Shown: positions 49,627 through 62,574, numbered from the stretch's first letter. The stretch: DNA of 64,000 nucleotides from Scyliorhinus canicula (GCF_902713615.1 NC_052155.1:175559828-175623827); one strand, 5' to 3'. Translations and numbers: made by a program. Notes: generated by a model not told the origin, from the letters alone.

Positions 49627-50993
49627 GACCCGGGGTTACGGAGTTGGCAGATAGGAGGGGGGGGGGGGGGGGGGTGCAGTGAGAGCCCCCCAGTCGGAAT
49701 TGTCATGTGGAATGTGAGGGATAAAGGGGACTGGTGAATAGATTAAGAGTTTCACGCACTTGAAGAGTTTAACAGCTGACATGGTGATGGTGCAGGAGAC
49801 CCAATTGAGGGTGATGGACCAGGTGAGGCTTAGGAAGGGTTGGGCGAGTCAGGTGTTTCATTCGGGGTTCGAGGGGGGTATTGGTGGGCAAGTGGGTGAG
49901 GTTTCAGATGGAGAAGGTGGTGGCTGATCAGGGGGACAGGTACGTGGTGGTGACGGGTGCATTGGAGGGGAGGTTGGTGGCACTGGCGAGTGTATGTGGT
50001 CCCAATTGGGATGATGCAGGGTTTGCGAAGAGGGTGCTGGATGCCATCATGGATCTGGATACCCATGAGCTGATAGTAGGGGGTGACTGGAACACAATAT
50101 TGGGATGACAGGTCCTAGCCGTGCTTGGCTCGAGATGGGAGGAGTGGACCCGTGGAGGTTTTTACACCATAGGGATCGAGAGTATTTGTTTTTCTCCCCA
50201 GTGTACAAGGTGTATTCGAAGATTGGCTTTTTTTACGGTGGAAAGGTACTGTTTGCTGGGGTTAGGAGGTCGGACTACTTGGCAGTTCAGATCGCGGATC
50301 ACGCTCCGCATTGGATGGAGGTGGTTTTGGAGAGGAGGCAGCCTAGAGGCTGGGGTGAAAAATGGGGTTATTTGGCGGTTTGGAGCTTCTGTGACAAGAT
50401 TGGGGAGGTGATTGAGGAGTATGTGGGGTTCAATTGCAGGGGGGGGGAGGTCTCATGGTCGGTGATCTGAGTGGCTCTGAAGGTGGTGGACCTGAAGGTG
50501 GGAGGATTTTGGTGGAGGGCGGGGTGTCCATGGAGGGGGTTAAGGTGAAGTGGGAGGAAGAGCTGGGTGATGCTGGAGGAGGGTTTGCGGGGTGAGGTGC
50601 TGCGGAGGGTAAATGCCTCGACTATGTGCGCGAGGCTGTGCTGATAGAGCTGAAGGTTGTGTACAGGGTGCACCTCACAAAGTCTAGGATGAGCTGTCCA
50701 TTCGAGGGGGTGGGGAATGGCTGTGAGCGATGGGGGAGGGGTCCTGCGAATCATGTACACATGCTTTGGTCCTGCCCGAAATTAGAAGGTTTTGGAGGAG
50801 TGTTCCGCACCATTCCGGGGGTTTGACATGTGGGTGTGGAGCCTGGTCCCCTAGAAGCCATATTCGGGGTGTTGGATTGGCCGGAGCTGCAGGCAGGTGC
50901 GGGGGTTTTAGCCTTCGCCTCGCTGATTGCTCGTAGGGGGGGTCTTGTTGGGGTGGAGGTCAGCGGGTGGATCTGCTGGAGTTTCTGACCCTG

Positions 50994-51420
50994 GTTGAAT
51001 AAACTTGGTTTGTTCTCACTGGAACGATGGAGGTTGAGGGGCGACCTGATAGAGGTCTACAAAATGATGAGGGGCATAGACAGAGTGGATAGTCAGAGAC
51101 TTTTTCCCAGGGTTGAGGGGTCAATTACTAGGGGGCACAGGTTTAAGGTGCGAGGGGCAAGGTTTAGAGGAGATGTACGAGGCAAGTTTTTTACACAGAG
51201 GGTAGTGGGTGCCTGGAACTCGCTGCCGGAGGAGGTGGTGGAAGCAGGGACGATGGTGACGCTTAAGGGGCATCTTGACAAATACATGAATAGGATGGGA
51301 ATAGAGGGATATGGACCCCGGAAGTGTAGAAGATTTTAATTTAGACGGGCAGCATGGTCAACGCAGGCTTGGAGGGCCGAAGGGCCTGTTCCTGTGCTGT
51401 ACTTTCCTTTGTTCTCTTTG
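50994..51420 (+). mobile_element. CR1 LINE 3' end (young)
   Basis: LGLFSLERWRLRGDLIEVYK..TRGH..FFTQRVV..WN; near-identical to 62575-63000 reverse complement. Confidence 0.92.
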
Positions 51421-52384
51421 TTCTTTGAAAAGGTGACATTCGTTCTGAGGGGAGCGAGCGATGGGTTTTGCGATTGTTGGGGTTTGTCCACCATGCATTT
51501 TGGGGGCTGGGATGTTTTTGTGGAGTTGATTTGCATTCTAAAACTGCTGAAAATTTGTTGAATAAAAAATACTTTTTTGAAAAAAGGAATCTCTTAGGCA
51601 TCATCGAAACGCCTTCCGCAAATGTGGCTTTTCCAGCCAAAATGCACAGGACAGTGATCTGGAGCAGGATACCCTGACTGATTCTTCCTCTTCCTATCAC
51701 AGTGGCACTGGGACTAGTTGCAATTCTTCAGCCTGACATCAAACAAACACAGGTCAGCTTTCTGCCTGGATTGATGCTTCACCAGGTCGTGCCTATAGGA
51801 AACAGACCATTGGCAAATTCATCAACATCATCTAATATCAAGCAAGGAATATTATTGCAGCGAGAACTTTAGCCTGGGCCGTCTTGCGCTTAGTTCCCGT
51901 TACTATTTGCAGCTGATCAGGGTCTGTACTCGCTGCTCCAACATTGAGGGTAATTATAGTAACTTTCCACTTAAGTCTAAACACAGCTGCCACAGAATAT
52001 ACAGCAAACTAAAACCCCAATTAAAACAATTATTAGAGGGTGGATCTGAGTTGAATGAACCAAGCAGCCTTGCTGTTTTGGGAGGGACGCGAAATATGTG
52101 TCTTCTCTAAATCAAACTGGAAGTGGCGTATAACACCTCCCACTGCTTTATGTTGAGGTTTGGTTTTACAGCTATCTATTTATGGAGAGACAGACTACAA
52201 TCATTCTCATTATCTGTCATGATGCATCTGATGCAATATAATTATAGAACCAAATGATCATTTATGAAATTTTGCACCTTGGATTACATTATGAGACAGG
52301 GACTTAAAGAGACTCTAATCTAATTATATATATTGCAGCTTTCACACGAGGTACATTCTACCACAAATTTATGCTACTCGCAAA

Positions 52385-52980
52385 CAAAAACAAGCAAGGG
52401 GGCAAAGGAAAGAAGGAAAGGGGAGGAATGGTGGCGGAGACGAAGCGGAGGTGAAGGAGAGAGGTTGCAGAAAACAGGGGTGCGAGCAGAGAAGGGGTGA
52501 AAGGGTGGAGGCCGCGGAGGGGAGGAGAAACGTGAAGGAGCTGGCAGCATGTAGGTGTTGAGCAGATAGAGGAACAGATTGGAAATTAAGCATTTTAACA
52601 TTTCCCTTCTCCCCCCTCTCCCCTCCTTTCCCGTATCTCCTCATTCTCTCTTCCTTCCCCTTTTGCGCTCCATTGACCCTCTATTGTCCTCAATTCCTCC
52701 CCCTCGCTCTCTCTGCCCTCTCCACATCTCCCTCCTTTTTCTCAACTCCTCTGATCCCCTCTCAGCCTCTTTGCCCCTTCACCATCCCGCGCCACCTTTC
52801 CCTTCCTTTTTGTTCTCTCTACTCTCCTTCCTCTTGCCACTTTCTCATTCCCCTTCCCTCTTTGTCCCCTCTCCTTTCCGCCTCCCTATTCCCTAGTTCC
52901 CTTCCCCTGCAGCCTTCCTGCTCTCCTAGCATTCCGCCTTCCTACCCTCGCTTCCCGTCTTCTCTCCCCCTCGCCCACCC
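52385..52980. repeat. Purine-rich then pyrimidine-rich low-complexity tract
   Basis: GA-rich about 52385-52580, CT-rich about 52600-52980. Confidence 0.8.
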
Positions 52981-53298
52981 TGGGTAGACAGTGCAAAGTT
53001 GACCATCTGTTAATTGTGAAGTTAGTTGTGTGAATAAAACAAATTGCAGGTCTGCAGGACACAGGTGGCAAATTGAAACTGGGTGAGGTGTTCTTGCAGA
53101 GAGGCAGCACGGACACCAAACAGAAAAGGCTGGAAAATCTCAGCACCTGTAGGGAGAGAAAAGAGCTCACGTTTCGAGTCCAGATAACCCTTTGTCAAAG
53201 CACGACAAACACGATGGGCTGAACGGCCTTCTGCTGCACTGTAAACATCCTGCAGTTGGAGTTTTCCAGCCTTGTCCTGCCGGGACCCGCCTTGCGGA

Positions 53299-53610
53299 TC
53301 ATAGAATTTACAGTGCAGAAGGAGGCCATTCAGCCCATCGAGTCTGCACCAGCCCTTAGAAAGAACACCCTACCCAAGCCCACACCTCCACCCAATCCCC
53401 ATAACCCAGTAACCCCACCCAACCTTTTGTGGACACTAAGGGTAATTTAGCATGGCCAATCCACCTAACCTGCAGATCTCTGGACTGTGGGAGGAATCCG
53501 GAGCACCCGGAAGAAACCCACGCAGACACGGGAAAAACGTGCAGACTCCGCACTGCCACTGACCCAAGCCCGGAATCGAACCTGGGTCCCTGGAGCTGTG
53601 AAGCAACTGT
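53299..53610 (-). mobile_element. HE1-like V-SINE
   Basis: Reverse-complement match. Confidence 0.88.
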
Positions 53611-54670
53611 GGGTCTGCTCCACCATTCAATAAAGCCACGGCTGATCTGGTTGTGATGAACTCCCCATAACCCTCTTGACTGTCGCCCCCCCCCCCCCCC
53701 CCATAATCCTCAACTCCCTTGTCCAACAAAAATCTGTCTAACTCTGCCTTAAATTAATTCAATGACCCAACCTCCACTACCTTCTGAGGAAGAGAACCTC
53801 AAACATCAACGATCGACTCTTTATTTTTTAAACTATAGTGTCCTAGTTTAGGTTCTTCCGCAAGAAGACACGTCCTCAGAGTCTCCACTCTGTCAAGTCC
53901 CCTCAGAATCTTTTATTTGCCCAGATTAGGCCGATGAGGCTATGTAATGAAGGAGAGGTCATTAAACGGTGTACAGGCATGATAAAGACACAAAAGGAAA
54001 TTCCTGTTTCCTCGAGAGTTCACGCTTTCTTTCCCGCTCAAAGCTGACGCGAATCTTGAAGAACTGGTGTCTGGGTCGTTTCACCTGTGTCTGAATGGAC
54101 AAAGTGCTGCTGCTCATTAGCCCCAGTGTGCATGAAACTGAGAGATAGGTAGTGTTTGGGGATTTACTCCTACTTAACCTTGGCGGTGTTTCTGGTAGAG
54201 ATGCTGAATATTGCACTAAACCAGCGTTAGTTAAATCTAAGTGTTACATTTCCAGGGGGGGCTGCCTAATCTCATCCCTTTAATGAACAGGGGTGATGAA
54301 TGAACCGTTTGGAGGGACTGAACGGGCTCCTCCTGTTCCTACGGCGACATTTCCATGCCCTGACGAGGACATTGTATCTTGCTTTATAATAAACACCTTG
54401 AATTTGCTCTCCTTGAGACAGTGCAATGACAAACATTTCTCAACTTAATATAGTTCAACAATTAAACGGATATTGCCTTTCCTACCCAATTTCAAGATGG
54501 AGTCATTAGAACAATATCAGTGGGACAAAGGCCATGTTGATAGACCTGAGAAGGGATTCTGTTTCAGGCATCCCTGTTTGTGACATTATTTCATTATAAA
54601 TGATCAGAGCTTTATCGAGTGCACAAGACCGGGATGATATGCAAGATAGGGCAATATCCCCAGCAATGCA

Positions 54671-54969
54671 GGGTGGCACGGTGGCACAGTGGTTAGCATT
54701 GCTGCCTCACAGTGCCAGGGACCGGGGTTCAATTCCGGCTTTGGGTGACTGAGTTTGCATGTTCTCCGCGTGGGTTTCCTCCGGGTGCTCCGGTTTCCTC
54801 CCACAGTCCAACGATGTGCAGGTTAGGTGGATTGGCCATGATGAGTTTAAGGGGAGGGCCAGGTGGGATGGAGGAGTGGATGTGGGTAGAGTTTTCTTTC
54901 AGAGGGGCGGTGCACACTCAATGGGCCGAATGGCCTCCTTCTGCATTGGAGGGATTCTAGGATTCTATG
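54671..54969 (+). mobile_element. HE1-like V-SINE
   Basis: Same head, core and tail. Confidence 0.88.
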
Positions 54970-55270
54970 AATGCACCATTGACCAACAGATGTGACATCG
55001 GAGACTTGCAGACTGAATCTGGGACACAATAGCCCAGAATTAGGATTCCCAGTTCCCACTGGCAGCACACCCCTGCCCACGGGAATCCCATTGACAGGCG
55101 GTGGGAGTAGAGAATCCAGCCCAATATCTCCGGCTTCGGTCCTGATTGGGGATTTGAACCCCATGATGGAAATGTAATTCCCAGCATTCGCGTACCGCAT
55201 TGTACCACTCAGGTCTATGAAAATCAATTGAACTACAAAACCTCTGTCACTTAATCCTACTCCCTGGAAC

Positions 55271-55276
55271 CAGCGC

Positions 55277-55313
<37 letters not shown>

Positions 55314-55556
55314 GAGGCGGGGGGGGGGGGGGGGGCGCGAAGCGGGGGGGGCGGCCGGAGGGGGGGGCGGCCGGAGGGGGGGGCGGCCGGAGGGGGGCGC
55401 GGGCGGAGGGGGCCGCCCTGGGGGAGGGCGGCCACCACGCATGCGCTGGTTGGCACCGGCCCAACTGCGCATGCGCAGGACCCGAGTCTCTGGCGCCCCC
55501 TAGCACATGGCGCCCCGGGCGACTGCCCGAGTTGCCGGTACCTTGGGCCGGCCCTG
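55271..55556. mobile_element. hAT-type non-autonomous element with 8-bp TSD CCTGGAAC
   Basis: cctggaac|cagcgccc...ggccggccctg|cctggaac; poly-G interior. Confidence 0.8.
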
Positions 55557-56389
55557 CCTGGAACCATACAGCACACTTAAGGAGGTCATTTGGCCCATCA
55601 GGCCTGGACTAGCTCTTCAGAAGGACTCTCAAATCAGTCGCAGTTCTTCCCCAGTGGTAGTGAAATTTCTTTCCTTTCTAACAGTAACTAATATGAGGGC
55701 CCTCATCGCACATGAAAGAAATGGAAGGGCAGACACCATTGCACTGGGTTTCGGCCTCCATGCACTGTCTCACAATATTCAGCAATTCCCAAAGTGTGTG
55801 GGACTGGGCCTACACCTCCGACGGGCAAGGTGACCCAAAAGGCGGGGCCCGGGCACTCTACGGGGCTGGAGTGCCTCTGGGGATCCTGGGAAGGCTGCAG
55901 AGAAAGTTGATCAGAAAATCAGGAGCCCATTCAGGGCCGGTTTAAATCAGAAAGCAATCCATTTGATAAGAGCAACTACAAGTTCTGCATTGTGCTTTGC
56001 TCATGGCTATGGTTGGAGGAGGGAGGGGAACAGGATTTTCTCCTGGCCAAGTCTGAAAACCTGTTCATTTCTCAATATCAGCAACTTCTCAATCTAAAGC
56101 TTCACTTTCCCACGGAATGCAGCCCATGAGGTTTCTGACTCATCGCCTTCAAACCTCAAGACAATGAGCATTATCTACTATTGCATAATGACCCATCACC
56201 AGTGGCAACTTTTCCACACTGCAAGCTGCATAGATGTACTGTGCAAGTCAGTCCAGCCTCCAGCTTGCTGTGAAGATCTCACCGTGAACACTCTGAAAAG
56301 CATTATCATTTTATCCTGGCGTAGATTGATCATGCTTCCTGGAATTGCGTGAATTTGATTGAAAATTGCAAACACAAATATATCAGCAG

Positions 56390-56463
56390 CTCCCGAACAG
56401 GGACTTGAACCCTGGGCCCTCAGATTAAAAGTCCGATGCTCCAACCAACTGAACTGGCCGGGC
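56390..56463 (-). tRNA. tRNA-Lys(UUU)-derived copy, probably a pseudogene
   Basis: GCCCGGCCAGTTCAGTTGGTTGGAGCATCGGACTTTTAATCTGAGGGCCCAGGGTTCAAGTCCCTGTTCGGGAG; anticodon TTT, intact T-arm and B box, but G1:A72 and C7:U66 mismatches and U8->C. Confidence 0.85.
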
Positions 56464-56589
56464 TCAGTGTACAAATGCAAATGGCGTCCTCCTAAAGATA
56501 AAGTGCGGTCTGCAAGGCCGCATTATAACAAACACCCTCTTCCACCAGAGGGGCAAATACAAAACCACATGTAAAGACATACTTGCCAC

Positions 56590-57075
56590 CGAGGGAGTGC
56601 AGGGGAGGGTCACTCAGCTGGTACCAGGGTTGGCGGGACAGTTCTATGAGGAGAGATTGGTTTGACTGGGCCTGTATTCACCCGAGTTCAGAAGGATGAG
56701 AGGAGATCTGAGTGAAGCGTATTAAACTCTTAACAGGGCTGGACTGACTAGACGTAAGGAGGATGTTCTCCCTTGTTGGGGAATCTAGAACCAGGGGACA
56801 CAGTCTCAGGATGCGGGGCGGACCATTTAGGACTGAGATGAGGAACAAGTTCTTCACTCAGAGGGAGGTGAACCTGTGGAATTCTCCACCACAGAAGGCT
56901 GTGGAGGCCAAGCACTTCAGAAAGAGATTGATAGATTATTTTTTAATGGTATCAAGGATTAAGGGGACAACGCGGGAATATGCATTTAATTTGATGATCA
57001 GCCAAGATCATAATGAATGCCGGAACAAGCTCGAAGGGCCGAATGGCCTCCTCCTGCTGCTACTTTCTATGTTTC
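56590..57075 (+). mobile_element. CR1 LINE 3' fragment
   Basis: MFSLVGESRTRGHSL..FFTQREVNLWNS; tail gggccgaatggcctcctcctg. Confidence 0.85.
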
Positions 57076-57099
57076 TCAAGTAGCAGAGGGTAGTTCTGA

Positions 57100-58610
57100 T
57101 CCATCAACACATTGTTCTGATGGTTTGTTAGGTGGCCCTGGATAATGGCAGGTGTGAAATTCCTCTTGGGCATGTCCATTGCTCATCCATTTGGAGTGTT
57201 CTAGAAGCTCGATAAACACTCCAGTTGAAAAAAATCCAAGTGACCCTTGGAGTCCATTTTAAAGCTTCAGCACTGTCCATTTTAAAATAAAGTACAGGTT
57301 TATTTTTAAGTTCTAACATCCTCATGGGCACTCGGCCTGAAAAAACTATCCCCCACCCTCCAAACTTCAGAAGTGCCCCAATTGTAACTATCTTCAAGAA
57401 GGTGATAAATCGTTCTGAGGAAACGTCTGATTTATTTATTTCTCGTCCGAAGCAGGGGAAACACTGACAGGCATTTTCCTGACTCGCCTATTTCCTGCGG
57501 CCGAGGAAATCCTCCCAGAGACACGTTTGGCTTCAGACCTTCCACAGGTACTTCTGTCAGCCTCCTTGTTGCCAGGAAAGTTGAAGAAAAAAGTCTGAAA
57601 CTACACACGCATGTCTTCATTGCGTTTCGTCAGCCGGGCCAAAGCAATTGGCTCAGTGAACTGTAAATCTCTGAAAATTGTGTCTCAAACATTTGGATGT
57701 CCAATTGATAAATGTCATCACAATTCTGCAACTGCCTCATGATTATATGGCTGCCTCTGTCTCGAGAGGGAGGTCTGAAACAGGCCCCTTCAAAATCCAC
57801 ACCGGGGTCAAGCAAGGCTGTGTGACAGCCGCCATACTATTTACTATCTATCTGACAGTGGCTATCCACCTCATCGGAGATCAACTGCCTGATGAGCCAT
57901 CAATCGAACGCGAGACGAGTTGCTGTACAAAAGTTAGGCTTTAATAAGCTAGAAGTTAGCCCTGCGGTCGACTACAGTAAATGGACGACCGCCAGGCATT
58001 CTAGGTATTTATACCTCGCTCTGAGGCGGGGTTAACTCAGCCTCTCGACCAATCGGGGAGCCGTCACATGATTGGTCTCAACCAATCGGTCGAGAGGCAC
58101 ATGACCGACTAGGGCCAATGGTAAGCCAGTGTCCTGCACCAATGGCAGACAGCTATGCAAATCATACCACCACACTGCCCTCTGCCTGGAGTACTACTTA
58201 CCGCCTCGGTCAAAAGAGCTTTAACCTTAGAGGCCTCCTTGCCAACGCTAAAAGATCTATCGTTTGTGGGTGACTGCAATGTCGTTGCCCACACTGCACC
58301 AGGTTTGCAGGCTACACTCAATCTCTGCTATTCCGCATAAAGAAACATGACCTATCCTTGAATGTCGTCAAAACAGAATTCACATATAAACCCACACCTG
58401 GTCAGCCAGTTATTCCACCTCCTGGATATGATGACGAGGAGGCTCTGGGATATGTTTACCCCTTCGCATACATCAGCAGTCACCTCTGTCAAAAAGTCAC
58501 CATGGAGAAGGAGATCCAATACCACCTCAGCTGTCCAACTCGGCCTGGGACAAACCTTGACAGCAAGTGTTTGACCACAAAGACTTCTGCAAGTCAACTA
58601 AAATCCTAGG
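57100..58610 (+). mobile_element. Degenerate RTE-clade LINE RT, interrupted by a solo LTR
   Basis: IVTIFKK, GFR, TGVKQGCV..ILFTIYL, FVGDC, NVVKTE. Confidence 0.75.
57890..58174 (-). mobile_element. Solo LTR with 5-bp TSD CTGCC
   Basis: TGATG...ACCACA, perfect CTGCC flanks, minus-strand TATAAA. Confidence 0.9.
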
Positions 58611-58874
58611 CCACGATTGTCAGGGCTCATTTGCTACGGGTGCAAATCCTTTTACGGACACTAGCTCTCACGAGGGGGCCAAAACGGGGTTTGTGCAGAT
58701 CAGGTTTCAGAATGAGATCTTTCCCGCCTTCCCATTGGTGATGTAATCAGATTCATGTCCAGCGAGGTCATGAACCTAATTACCATGAATTTGCATGGAT
58801 TTAATATTCCTGAACAGCACAATCCCATATCTTCTGGGGGTGTCAGATGACGCTACCCATCGGTATCGCATCAC

Positions 58875-59186
58875 ACCAGCAGGAATCATAATCAAAGACT
58901 TCTTCCATCCAGGATATTCTCCCTTCCGTCGGGCAGGAGATACAAAAGTCTGAGAACACGCACTTACAGATTCAAAAACAGCTTCTTCCCCGCTGTTACC
59001 AGACTCCAGAATGACCCTCTGATAGACTGAACTGATCTCTCCGCTCATCTTCTCGACTGAATAGTACTACACTCCTGTGTGCCTCACCCGATGTCTGTGT
59101 CTATGTATTTATATTGTGTATTTATCGTATGTCCTAGTTTTCCATGTACGGAACGATCTGCCTGGACTGTACGCAGAACAATACTT
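58875..59186 (+). mobile_element. Rex/Babar LINE 3' end (ORF end plus 3' UTR)
   Basis: GRRYKSLRTRTYRFKNSFFPAVTRL matches the C-terminus of the 46307 ORF. Confidence 0.85.
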
Positions 59187-61670
59187 TATGCAGAACAATA
59201 CTGCACACAGAACAATACTGCACACAGAACAATACTGTACACAGAACAATACCGCACACAGAACAATACTGTATGCAGAACAATATTGTACACAGAACAA
59301 TACTGCACACAGAACAATACTGTACACAGAACAATACTGCACACAGAACAATACTGTATGCAGAACAATATTGTACGCAGAACAATACTGTACACAGAAC
59401 AATACTGCACGCAGAACAATACTGTACGCAGAACAATACAGTACGCGGAACAATACTGTACACAGAACAATACTGCACGCAGAACAATATTGTACACAGA
59501 ACAATACTGTATGCAGAACAATACCTGTACGCAGAACAATACTGCACGCAGAACAATACTGTACACAGAAAAATACTGTACTCAGAACAATACTGTACAC
59601 AGAAAAACACTGTACACAGAACAATACTGTACACAAAATAATACTGTACGCAGAACAATACTGTACACAGAACAATACTGTACGCAGAACAATACTGTAC
59701 ACAGAACAATACTGCACGCAGAACAATACTGTACACAGAACAATACTGCACGCAGGACAATACTGTACACAGAACAATACTGCACGCAGAACAATACTGC
59801 ACACAAAACAATACTGTACGCAGAACAATACTGTACACAGAACAATACTGTACGCAGAACAATACTGTACACAGAACAATACTGCACGCAGAACAATACT
59901 GTACACAGAACAATACTGTATGCAGAACAATACTGTACACAGAACAATACTGTGTGCAGAACAATATTGTACACAGAACAATACTGTACACAGAACAATA
60001 CTGTACGCAGAACAATACTGTACACAGAACAATACTGCACACAGAACAATACTGTATGCAGAACAATACCTGTACGCAGAACAATACTGCACGCAGAACA
60101 ATATTGTACACAGAACAATACTGTATGCAGAACAATACCTGTACGCAGAACAATACTGCCCGCAGAACAATACTGTACACAGAAAAATACTGTACACAGA
60201 ACAATACTGTACACAGAAAAATATTGTACACAGAACAATACTGTACACAAAACAATACTGTACGCAGAACAATACTGTATGCAGAACAATATTGTACGCG
60301 GAACAATACTGTACACAGAACAATACTGTACGCAGAACAATACTGTACACAGAACAATACTGCATGCAGAACAATACTGCACGCAGAACAATACTGCAGG
60401 CAGAAGAATGCTGTACACAGAACAATACTGCACACAGAACAATACTGTACACAGAACAATACTGTATGCAGAACAATATTGTACGCAGAACAATACTGTA
60501 CACAGAACAATACTGCACGCAGAACAATACTGTACGCAGAACAATACAGTACGCGGAACAATACTGTACACAGAACAATACTGCACGCAGAACAATATTG
60601 TACACAGAACAATACTGTATGCAGAACAATACCTGTACGCAGAACAATACTGCACGCAGAACAATACTGTACACAGAAAAATACTGTACACAGAACAATA
60701 CTGTACACAGAAAAACACTGTACACAGAACAATACTGCACGCAGAACAATACTGCAGGCAGAAGAATGCTGTACACAGAACAATACTGTACACAGAACAA
60801 TACTGTACACAGAACAATTCTGCACGCAGAACAATACCGTACACAGAACAATACTGCACGCAGAACAATACTGCAGGCAGAAGAATGCTGTACACAGAAC
60901 AATACCGTACACAGAACAATACTGTACACAGAACAATACTGTACACAGAACAATACTGCACGCAGAACAATACTGTACACAGAACAATACCGTACACAGA
61001 ACAATACTGCACGCAGAACAATACTGTACACAGAACAATACTGTACACAGAACAATACTGTATGCAGAACAATACTGTACACAGAACAATACTGTACACA
61101 GAACAATACTGCAGGCAGAACAATACTGTACACAGAACAATACTGTACACAGAACAATACTGTACACAGAACAATACTGTACGCAGAACAATACTGTATG
61201 CAGAACAATACTGTACACAGAACAATACTGCACGCAGAACAATACTGTACACAGAACAATACCGTACACAGAACAATACTGTACACAGAACAATACTGTA
61301 CACAGAACAATACTGTATGCAGAACAATACTGTACACAGAACAATACTGTACACAGAACAATACTGTACACAGAACAATACTGCACGCAGAACAATACTG
61401 TACACAGAACAATACTGTACACAGAACAATACTGTATGCAGAACAATACTGTACACAGAACAATACTGTACACAGAACAATACTGCAGGCAGAACAATAC
61501 TGTACACAGAACAATACTGTACACAGAACAATTCTGCACGCAGAACAATACTGTACACAGAACAAATCTGCACGCAGAACAATACTGTACGCAGAACAAT
61601 ACTGTATGCAGAACAATACTGTACCCAGAAAAATACTGTACGCAGAACAATACTGTACGCAGAACAATCT
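59167..61670 (+). repeat. 19-bp minisatellite (CTGTACACAGAACAATA plus variants; about 2.5 kb)
   Basis: Tandem units such as cagaacaatactgtaca, visible throughout; period is 17 bp by ORF periodicity (17-aa repeat TEQYCTQNNTVHRTILY), with occasional 18-bp variants. Confidence 0.95.
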
Positions 61671-61745
61671 AAATCACTTCTGCTCTCCAGCAGTCAGGAT
61701 GACCACGCCAGAGGCAGGTGTTGCCCCCGGGTGGTCAGAAACATG

Positions 61746-62240
61746 GGGCTGGATTCTCCGCACTCCGCATCGTAATCGTGGCCGGCGAAGGGGCAGAGAA
61801 TCCATTTTGCCGCACAGAAAATGAAATGAATGAAAATCGCTTATTGTCACGAGTAGGCTTCAATGAAGTTACTGTGAAAAGCCCCTAGTCGCCACATTCC
61901 GGCGCCTGTCCGGGGAGGCTGATACGGGAATTGGACACAGAATTGGAACCGGCGGCGATTCCCCGAATCTCCGGACCCCCAAATGCAGTATACTCGGGGT
62001 ATGCTCTGCCATTCTCCGCCCCCGACTATGTGGATCTAATGTGGTCCAGCCAGTTGGGATACTCGTGTGGCGGCTGTGGACTCAATCCGTGGCTTCCCTG
62101 GTCAGGGGCGAGGCGATCGGAGGGCACGAGGGGCCGGCGCATGTTTGTGCAGGTGTTGAGGGTCAGGCACACGGCCGATCGGGGGGCTTATTTTTAGGGT
62201 CCAGCTCTGCGGTCCGAGCCTGCCATGGAACACGGCAATC
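61746..62240. mobile_element. Harbinger-like MITE fragment interrupted by a SINE tail
   Basis: gggctggattctcc start; body similar to other MITEs. Confidence 0.6.
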
Positions 62241-62574
62241 CTGTGGCACTCACCTGACTGGCTGCAGCTTCCTAAAAGACCTCCCCCTTCTCTTCAGTGA
62301 TGCCTAGCCATCGAGACGTCCTCGTAATGAAACACCAGCCTTAGCTCTGGCCACCGCCAGTGAAGGTACTACTGAGGCTGTGATTGGGCTGACAGCTCTT
62401 GGGCAAGGGAGGCGGTGCTGGTGGTGGCAAGCGGGCATTCTCAATTGGACAATGGTCTAGGGACCCCAGCCTCCGAATTGTCCACCACCAGCAAAATGCC
62501 ACCCCAGGATTCCGCTGCTCCTCCCATTTTCAGCCCTGGAAGTTCAATAATCCCCATAAAATTCAAACAAACAA

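Larger units (their letters stand above)
45920..51585 (+). mobile_element. L1-clade LINE relic (5' UTR, ORF1, endonuclease, C-terminal Cys region; RT deleted) hosting nested insertions
   Basis: ggacttccgg start; ORF1 EDMENRSRRQNLRLVGLPEG..RAHQ..PRVVIV..DQDLT; EN WNVR, QET, GGDWN, DPWRF, DHAP; HMLWSCPKL; AATAAA plus A-tail. Confidence 0.88.

Noticed and set aside
53962-54085. Possible minus-strand terminal exon (VKRPRHQFFKIRVSFERE..)
   Set aside because: No recognisable homology or linked exons.
59077-61824. Long ORFs (570-915 aa) on both strands
   Set aside because: Products of a stop-free tandem repeat derived from a LINE 3' UTR; no evidence of coding function.
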